Both the position numbers and the translations under genes were made by a program. Below the pieces are notes generated by a model, which saw only the letters and a list, made by a program, of their open reading frames with translations, was not told the DNA's origin and made no database searches. Shown here in pieces: positions 53,542-64,000 of a stretch of 64,000 bases of DNA; the first letter of the stretch is position 1; each line of letters opens with the position of its first letter. The stretch lies in NCBI GenBank assembly GCA_951406725.2, contig OX597820.1, positions 15,748,001 through 15,812,000 of the forward strand, written 5' to 3'. The stretch comes from Octopus vulgaris. Its lineage: Eukaryota.

Positions 53542-53755
53542 AGGCGGAGAGCTGGCAGAGCCGTCAGCACGCCGGGCAAAAAAAGCTTAGCGGTATTTTG
53601 TCTGTCGTCACGTTCTGAGTTCAAATTCCGCTGAAGTCAATCTTGCCTTTCATCTTCTCGGAGGTCGATAAAATAAATACCAGTGGATCACTGGGGTCGA
53701 TGTAATCGACTTACTCCTCCTCCCAAATTTCTGGCCTTGTTCCAAAATTTGAAGC
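53542..53755 (+). mobile_element. SINE family B
   Basis: Family B head, core and tail. Confidence 0.85.
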
Positions 53756-53999
53756 TAATATTTTTCCATACGTTGCGTAAACCCAATGCTCATATTTATT
53801 CTCTTTGACTCTCACCTTATTATAATTGAATATTTATCTTTCAATTTCCTTACATTGAAGCCCAGCTCAGAAGCCTAGTAAGACCTCTCCGTTCACGTTG
53901 GGTTCAACTTCGCCATTCCGCCTAATCTGTCATTTCCACATCCGGTGAACGGTGCCAAGATATGCATCGAAGTCTCCTTGTAAGACAAAATCGATGATA

Positions 54000-55226
54000 A
54001 TAGCGTCTACAGCTGCAGTGACTTCGTCTAGAAAGGGGTGTGCATTCTCACCTCTCCTTTTCATAATTTTTATGAATTACATTAACATGCGCAGCCGTTG
54101 TGGAAACGGTATCACGATGTGTGAGTGTAGGGTGTTTCGGCTCATATTTGCGGATATTTTGCTACTTGGTTCATCAAAAGGTTATCTCCAGCATTCGCTG
54201 TCGAGTGCTACAAGCCAGGGATGTGTTGAAAAACTGAGACATTGGTCCTCCCAAGAAAGTTTTTCCGGTGCGCTCTGCAAGTCAGTGGAACATCACTGAG
54301 ACAAATGGAGAAGTTTATATTGGGGCTATATTCACGAATGATGGGAAGCAGGAGACTGAGTTGGATACTAGAATTGCAGGTATTGATGCAGTAATGCACC
54401 AACTCCAGCTTTCGATCTTCAAGAGAGGAGATCTCTATCTATCCGCTCAGTCGAAGTCGACTCTCGGTAACTCGATGGATCAGTGTCCTCCAGCCAGTTC
54501 TATCCTGGGCCGCTTCTTTCAGATTGGCTATGTCCATTCCCGTATTACTTTTGATGGTGTCAAGCCAGCGGCTTCTTGGTCGGCCTCTTCCTCTCTTGCC
54601 ACTGACCATTCCGAGCATGATATCCTTCTCCAGGGATTTTCTCCGCATAATATGATCAAAATATGTCAATCTATGCTTGGTGATCCTAGCTTCTAGCGAC
54701 AGTTTCGGTTTGATCTGGTTAAGAACTTCTCCATTGAGAAGCTAGTAGAAAAATGCCAAACTTATAATTGGTTTTACCCTCACCTATGATCATGCCTGTT
54801 GTTGTAATGACCGAAAGAGTACGATCGTGAATACAAGCGGCCGAATGGGGTACACTACCCCAAAAGGTCTCTGGAGTAACATTACTCGATAGGGTGTGTA
54901 GCTCGAAGTCATTTCAGGTCGAGCTGCCGCTTTTCTGCTTTGAGAGGCCACAGCGCTAGTAATTACAGGCATGTTATTAGAAGGTGCCAGGAAAGAATCG
55001 GAAGACGGATTGTTGAACTCAACCAACCAGCGGGAAATTTAGGGATAGACCAAAAACAAGATGGTTGGATAATATCCAACTGAGACGATCATGCTTGGGA
55101 ATCCAACCAGAAAGTGTAATGGCGGTTGCTTCTGATAGAACTTTTTGGAGGAGGTTCCTAAGGACTCTACCCCTACAACCCTCCTAGGAATAATGGGTGG
55201 TGAAGATGGAGTGATGCATGGATGGA
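54000..55226 (+). mobile_element. Decayed RTE LINE (RT to 3' end) interrupted by an opposite-strand RTE
   Basis: RKGCAFSPLLFIIFM, LIFAD, YIGAIFTNDGKQETELDTRI, then RPKTRWLDNI...VASDRTFWR and an atggatgg tail. Confidence 0.8.
54432..54740 (-). mobile_element. RTE (BovB-like) LINE 3' end
   Basis: LTYFDHIMRRKSLEKDIMLGMVSGKRGRGRPRSRWLD...DRTGWRTLIHRVTESRLRL*. Confidence 0.9.
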
Positions 55227-56258
55227 CTTCCTTACATCAATAAGTCTCATATTTGTGATCTCAGTGGTTTATCAAAATGAAAAAGGAAAAAATGTATTTG
55301 ATTCTAATATATGATTTATGTTCAAAACATTTTCTTTACATCCTGTCCTATACTTTCGTCTTACTTTCAGAAATATTCAACCTTGGGCTCGTACAATAAC
55401 TGTACATTTGGAGACTCAAGGCAGATGTTCTACGTGGGCAAGAGATGCAAAAAAAAAAAGAGAAAATAACAGATTCATTTGGGATTGAAACCACGATCTT
55501 CCGATCGTTAGCGCAACACCCAACCTCTAGACCACGCTTTTCATCCACGTAATCTAAGCAGGATCTGAAATGTACGATTCAACGCCGTGTTGCATTGTTT
55601 ACGTTGAAGTGTTTGTGCTCTCATTCTAATGTGTTTATCAAGTATTCCGCGTTTGTAATTCCGTCACGGATAATTTGTAACGGCTGTGGAAATTGCATGA
55701 GACAACTAACGAAGAGAAATCAATTGGAATTGATTAGTTCATCAATTGAACTTTGCGAAATATATCGCCAACTTCCAAGAATTTGGCATGCAAGCAGTTT
55801 TCCCTGGCATGAACCAACAGCAACAGCGACAAACACGAAGCATGAACAGCATCAGAAAATTCACTGAAAATCATGATGGAGAAATAAAGAAACTTCGCCG
55901 TGACTTATATCCTTTGTTGCACGATTCAGTTTCTGTTATTGATTACTAATTAAATAGTATTTGTCTTGGAATTTGGTTTCTGCCGATCATTCTTATTGGT
56001 CACGCTTGTCGTTAACAAATCATTATCATGGCGACATTATTTTGGGAAATAACTCGAAAACATGAACTTGAATTCAGATAATTCTGCGTGAATGGTAATT
56101 CTTTCGCTCTTGAATTCATGACGTGTACGCGAACACACACTCACACCACACACACACACACGCACACACACACACACACACAGGCTCACACACATACACA
56201 CACGCATGCACGCGCACACACACACACGCACGCACATACACACGCACGCACGATTGCA

Positions 56259-56297
<39 letters not shown>

Positions 56298-56603
56298 GCA
56301 TGCACATACACACACGCATGCACATACACACGCACGCACGCATGCACACACATACACACACAAGTTCAGGTTTGTTTACGTCCTTGTATCTTAGCGGTTT
56401 GGCATAAAAAGGAAATAGAATAAGCACCAGGTTTATTATATTATATTATATTATATTATATTATATTTATATTAGAAGATTTAAAAATTATATGTATATA
56501 TATATATATACATATACATACATTTCACGTACATACATACACATACACGTACACACGCACACACACACCTACTCACACATACATATATAAAGTTTACCTG
56601 TGT

Positions 56604-56975
56604 AGGCGTAATGGCTTAGTGGTTAGAGCAGCGAACTCGCGGTCGTAGGATTGCGGTTTCGATTCCCAGACCAGGCGTTGTGAGTATTTATTGAGCGAAA
56701 ACACCAAAAGCTCCACGAGGCTCCGGCAGGAGGGGAGGGGGCGAAACCCTGCTGTACTCTTTCATCACAACTTTCTCTTCCTGTTTCTGTTGTACTTGTA
56801 TTTCAAAGGGCCAGCCTTGTCACACTCCGTGTCATGCTGAATCTCCCTGAGAACTAAGTTAAGGGTACACGTGTCTGTGGAGTGCTCAGTAACTTGCACG
56901 TTAATTTCACGAGTAGGCTGTTCCGGTGATCGGATCAACTGGAACCCTCGTCGTTGTAACCGACGGGTGCCACGA
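56604..56975 (+). mobile_element. SINE family E head with an alternative 3' body (also at 46850-47015)
   Basis: tRNA-like head, then tatttcaaagg.cagccttgtcacac...gctgaatctccctgagaa block. Confidence 0.8.
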
Positions 56976-57005
56976 TAGTTGATCAGCAACATCATACCAC
57001 ACACA

Positions 57006-57102
<97 letters not shown>

Positions 57103-57115
57103 ATATACATATAAA

Positions 57116-57160
<45 letters not shown>

Positions 57161-57164
<4 letters not shown>

Positions 57165-57378
57165 GCGCCCTTTTAAAGCCTAGCTAGGCTCATGGGCCCG
57201 GTTTCCCGGTTTCTATGGCGTATGTGTTCCCAAGCTGGACGGGACGCCAGGCCATCGCGGCGTTACTCATTTTTGCCTGCTGAATGGACTGGATAAACGT
57301 GAAATGATCCAGGAATCGTAACCACAATCTTACGATCTTACGATCACGATGCTGACACCCTAACCACTAAGCCACGCG

Positions 57379-57382
<4 letters not shown>
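57161..57382 (-). mobile_element. SINE family D
   Basis: Near-identical to 13427-13668. Confidence 0.88.
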
Positions 57383-57442
<60 letters not shown>

Positions 57443-57564
57443 CTTAATTATTTCTAATATATATATTAGAAATAATTAAGATTCAGTTGAATTAAGTACT
57501 TAAGTTGAGGCACCAAGTCAGTCCGGTATTGTCCGCACAGCTCGAAGTTAGGTGAATAAAAAGT

Positions 57565-58023
57565 AAATACGTAACAAGGATGTCCAGGTATCAGTGCATT
57601 ACGGCTGTTTCAAGCGGCTCCATTTAATCGATCAATGACAACAGTACATCAATTTGAAATAAACCTCTCTCCTTAGTGCAAACGACTACATAGATTTCCA
57701 GCATACAGGATACACCATTATATTTTTTAGCAAATTTTTCATCAGTACTAGAGACTAAAAATTATTACATTGCTTCTCTTTGCAAAGAAAAGCAATGTAA
57801 TTATTTTAGCAAAAAGAAGCAATGTAATTATTTTAGTGTCTAGTACTGATGAAAAATTTGGTAAAAAATATAATGGTATATCCTGTATGTTGGAAATCTA
57901 TATGGCCGTCTGCACTGAGTAGAGCAGTTTATTTCAAATTGATGTAATGTCATTGATCGATTAAATGGAGTCGTTTGAAATGGTCATAATGCACTGATAC
58001 CTGGATATCCTTGTTACTTATTT
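57565..58023. repeat. Imperfect inverted repeat with ~215-bp arms and decayed hammerhead-like motifs
   Basis: gtaacaaggatgtccaggtatcagtgcatta...attacattgctt mirrored by aagcaatgtaat...taatgcactgatacctggatatccttgttac; (TA)n on both sides. Confidence 0.9.
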
Positions 58024-58047
58024 GCTTTATATATCTATATCTATATA

Positions 58048-59390
<1,343 letters not shown>

Positions 59391-59409
59391 TTTTATATGA
59401 AGGCAGTAT

Positions 59410-59497
<88 letters not shown>

Positions 59498-59500
59498 TTG

Positions 59501-59534
<34 letters not shown>

Positions 59535-59579
59535 CAAATTTACAGAAAAAGACGAAGACAGGTGTAGGAACAACAACAT

Positions 59580-59817
59580 CTTCTCTTCGACTTACGAACT
59601 ATGCGACTTACGACCATCCGCGTTTATGACCACAAAAAATAAAGTACATATTATGTATTTTTCACATTTTATTTCCAATAATTATAGATTAAATTTTTGT
59701 GTTTGTATATTTTTATAACCCGTTTGAATAAAAATACTGTTGAAAAACAAAAATCCGACACACGGCCAGATCGATTTACGACCTGTCAGTCGGAACGGAA
59801 CTCAGTGCTAGGTTGAA
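59580..59817. mobile_element. Tigger/pogo-like MITE relic
   Basis: Repeated cgacttacga subterminal motifs and a cggaacggaactc end motif. Confidence 0.55.
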
Positions 59818-59969
59818 TATATATATAATATGTATGTACGTATGTATGTAGTAAATATTGACTCCCTTCAATCGAACTTTCATTCAAACTCAATGATCGA
59901 AGACTGGCGACACGCTTGAAACTCAGAGTACCAAGGAGTTTGAATCAAACTGTTTTGATCCATATATGT

Positions 59970-60052
<83 letters not shown>

Positions 60053-60130
60053 CTGAAATACAGTGCAAAAATTCACACAAAGAACTAAAATGACTCGGTT
60101 ATATCCGGTATGTTGGGAAGTTTTATTATA

Positions 60131-60335
60131 CAATAATCCTTTGACTATCGCAGGTGTTACGTTCCAAAAATCCCAATAGAAATAATTAAAATCTAAAAAA
60201 TGTAAATACCTATGGGCCGCAGAAACTCGCGATAAACTGAGAAGTCTGCGATATAAATTTGCATATATTAGCCAGAAAAATCCGCGATATACTAAGTGCG
60301 CGATAGGTGAATCACGATATGGCGAGGGATTAATG
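60131..60335. mobile_element. Tigger/pogo-like MITE with TA TSD
   Basis: TA caataatcctttga ... cgagggattaatg TA; inserted in a repeat also present at 61410-61485. Confidence 0.75.
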
Positions 60336-60559
60336 TACAACTAAATTAAATGTCCTTGTCAAGTCTTGCCAAACTGTCTGCTTTTTCTTTTCTGCTTTAA
60401 TCTATACCTATCAGCTCAAGGGGAAGCTACCTCTAGCCGTTTCAGAAAGGCAGTCATATCTTCAACTGAAGTTTAAGTCGGAATTTTATTGGCGTACCAA
60501 TCTCAGCACTCGGAACTCATACCGATTAGTTTGAGTCACAGACGAAAACTCCACGTATC

Positions 60560-60637
<78 letters not shown>

Positions 60638-60756
60638 GTATGAATGAATGTATGTATGTATGTATAGTTGAAATTCATAGAGAAGCAAAAGATGAAGACA
60701 GGTGTATGAAGAACAAGTAGGTGTATTAGTTTGAATCACGGGAAAGTGAGAAAGTA

Positions 60757-60790
60757 TTTTACGTTTCGAGCCTACGCTCTTCAGCAGAAA
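60757..60790 (-). ncRNA. Minimal hammerhead-like motif (core CUGCUGA) in a solo pLTR-like repeat (60665-60845)
   Basis: TTT CTGCTGA A GAGC gtag GCTC GAAA CG TA AAA; homologous to 19865-19902. Confidence 0.62.
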
Positions 60791-60900
60791 GGAACACGAT
60801 GAAATAAACAGAGAGAGGATTAAAAAATGTGTGGATTTATCGATCACATACATGCATACATACATACATACATACATACATACATGCAGATGGATATATG

Positions 60901-61036
<136 letters not shown>

Positions 61037-61353
61037 CATAGATATATATATATATATATATATATATTTGTGTTAATATCCATTCATATGTACATATATA
61101 TTAGAAATATGAAGACATGTTAAACATATGCATATATAAAACTATACATATACATGCATACGCGCACACACACAGTCATACATATACACTCATATACATA
61201 CATTCATACATACATACTTACACTCATGCTTCTATCCATCCGTACACCCCCTACACGCACACATGTCGTCCGGTACACAGTTTCTTCTGAACAAGTGGAA
61301 TAAAAAAAAAAATGGAAGTCTGTCGAAAACAAATGTTATTTATTCCGGTTTTG

Positions 61354-61387
<34 letters not shown>

Positions 61388-61745
61388 GTGTATATATACA
61401 TAGAAAAAAATGAAATGAAAACCAGCGATAAAACCACACAAAGAACTAAAATGACTTTCTATTATATCCGGTATGTTGGGAAGTTGGCCAGCGGAAGGAC
61501 TAGGAGAAGATTTTGTGTCAAGTTTCTGAAAGTCCTTCTAAGATTCCTTTGTGCGTGTATGTGTATGTGTATGTGTGTGTGTACGTGTGTGTGTTTGTCT
61601 GTGTGTACGTGTGTGTTTATATATTTTTAGCCTTATTCTTATACTTTTTTTCTTATTTTATTTAAATTTTAAACGTCTTGTTTGTCATGTTATACGAACA
61701 ATTTCTTTAAACTGGGTGTGTTACGTATATGTATGTATGTAGGCT

Positions 61746-61858
<113 letters not shown>

Positions 61859-62166
61859 GTATATTTGTATTTATGTATGTAATATTTATGTAGTATGTAT
61901 GTGCGTGTTTTTTATAAATGTTATGTATATATATACATATATATACATGTATACACACATACTCACACATACGCACATATATATATATATATTTACGTTG
62001 AATATAAGTATGCGTGAGAGTGATGTGTGTATATACATATAAATATAGACATATGTATACTTATATGGATGTGATGTCTGTGCGTGTTTATGTATATATA
62101 TACATTATATATATTGTGCTCATTATATATTGTATAAAATATGAGTGTATATATACATATACATAT

Positions 62167-62241
<75 letters not shown>

Positions 62242-62363
62242 ATATATATGTGTGTGCGTGTATATATATATATATATATATACAGTAGTCACACATATAT
62301 ACATATGTGCGTATCACTTTTATATATATGTCCGTTTATAAAATGTTTGAAATACATGCGTGT

Positions 62364-62422
<59 letters not shown>

Positions 62423-62627
62423 TTCTACGTTGTAGAAATGTGTTTTTCTTTTTTCTTCTCTTTCTCTCATCTCTGTTCTAATTCTCTTCCAGTGCTCCTT
62501 TCCTTCATAAGCTTTTATCTTCTGCACCAGTAATGCAACCTCCACAGACTTTTCCCCATTTTCCAATTTTTCATTTCTTATTTACGTATATATTTATTAT
62601 ATTTATATATGTATTTGTGCATGTGTG

Positions 62628-62677
<50 letters not shown>

Positions 62678-62795
62678 GAAAACACTATATTGGAAGGCGA
62701 CTGGATGATGATAATCTACGTCGAACGCTAACTCATTGAGTAGTAGTCATACATCTAATTGTACACAAAAGATACACACACACACACAAATATGC

Positions 62796-62839
<44 letters not shown>

Positions 62840-62974
62840 GTATACATATATACACACACACACACACACTCACGCACACATATATATATATATATATATT
62901 CAAAATGTGACCCCGTGTGTACCGTTGGCGATTTGTTTTCCTCTGTCTTCCCTTCTCTGGATCTTTCCTTCTAT

Positions 62975-63009
62975 GTTTCCGACGAAGAGCTCCGCTCGAA
63001 ACGTTAAAC
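62975..63009 (+). ncRNA. Minimal hammerhead-like motif (core CCGACGA) in pLTR-like repeat 62900-63112
   Basis: GTTT CCGACGA A GAGC tcc GCTC GAAA CG TT AAAC. Confidence 0.7.
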
Positions 63010-63147
63010 CCTCCTTCTTTCCCTCTTTCCTGTGCGTCCAATAATACTATATTTGTTCCACGTCCTCGAAGCCGTTGTGTTTTTTTTTTGTGCTTTCTTG
63101 TTTGAATTAACTATATACATACATACATACATACATACATACATACA

Positions 63148-63247
<100 letters not shown>

Positions 63248-63661
63248 TAAGGGTAGAAACTGATGTCAATCAATTAACATCAATTTAAACCAGTGGTCTA
63301 GCATATTTTTAAAAATCTGAAGATTTATATATATAAATATAATTATTAAATCTTGATTTTTAAATATGATATAATATAATATAATATAAAATAATATATA
63401 TATATATATATATTGATTTATACATATAAGCAATATTAAATCCCTCAGATTTCCTCACTAGCTCATGTTTATCACACACTGATGACTCAGAAGCCCGGGT
63501 TTGTGTGTATCACATAAGGCTTGAAATGGGAACGATGATTTTCCCCCGTAAATACTAATCGGACACAGACAGTGTGTCGTTAGCCAGCTGGAGGAAATAT
63601 TCTCCTGGGGCTAAACACAACAACAGCATCGTCTCCTATTGGACCTCCACATCTAGCTGGC

Positions 63662-63742
<81 letters not shown>

Positions 63743-63867
63743 ACCTCGTGAGTACCGCTGCCGATCACATGTATGTATATACATGTATGTATATACATGT
63801 ATGTATATTTTTTTCTTTTTCTTTTTTTCCCTCTGTCTTCCCTTCTCGGGATCTTTCCTTCTCCTAT

Positions 63868-63902
63868 GTTTCCGACGAAGAGCTCCGCTCGAAACGTTAA
63901 AC
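63868..63902 (+). ncRNA. Minimal hammerhead-like motif (core CCGACGA) in a second copy of the repeat, running off the window end
   Basis: Identical to 62975-63009; a truncated third copy begins at about 36600. Confidence 0.7.
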
Positions 63903-64000
63903 CCTCCTTCTCCCCTTCTTTCCTGAGCGTCCAATAATACTTTATTTGTTCCACGTCCTCGCGTTGCTGTGTTTTTTTTTTGTGTTTTCTTGTTTGGATT

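Noticed and set aside
63474-63552. Complete hammerhead around the canonical CTGATGA at 63479
   Set aside because: Five extra nt precede AAGCC/GGCTT and no stem I closes it; kept only as a relic

Overview
AT-rich eukaryotic genomic DNA, very dense in microsatellites and transposon debris. The SINE families and repeat landscape look like a coleoid cephalopod (probably Octopus); this is pattern recognition, not a database match. No complete host gene is visible, and most ORFs in the track are translated microsatellites. Recognisable content: a 3'-truncated L1/Tx1-type LINE carrying nested insertions, a Neptune-type Penelope-like element (PLE) with RT and GIY-YIG domains, a second decayed PLE, RTE and HERO-like LINE fragments, a DD37D Tc1/mariner transposon, mariner, hAT and Tigger-like relics and MITEs, non-autonomous Helitrons, and dozens of tRNA-derived SINEs. 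The main unexplained-looking signal is a set of more than ten hammerhead-ribozyme-like motifs from several unrelated short repeat families, nearly all abutting (TA)n or (CA)n tracts. Several have recurrent non-canonical cores and several sit in long inverted duplications. Two weak candidate first coding exons of host genes are also noted.
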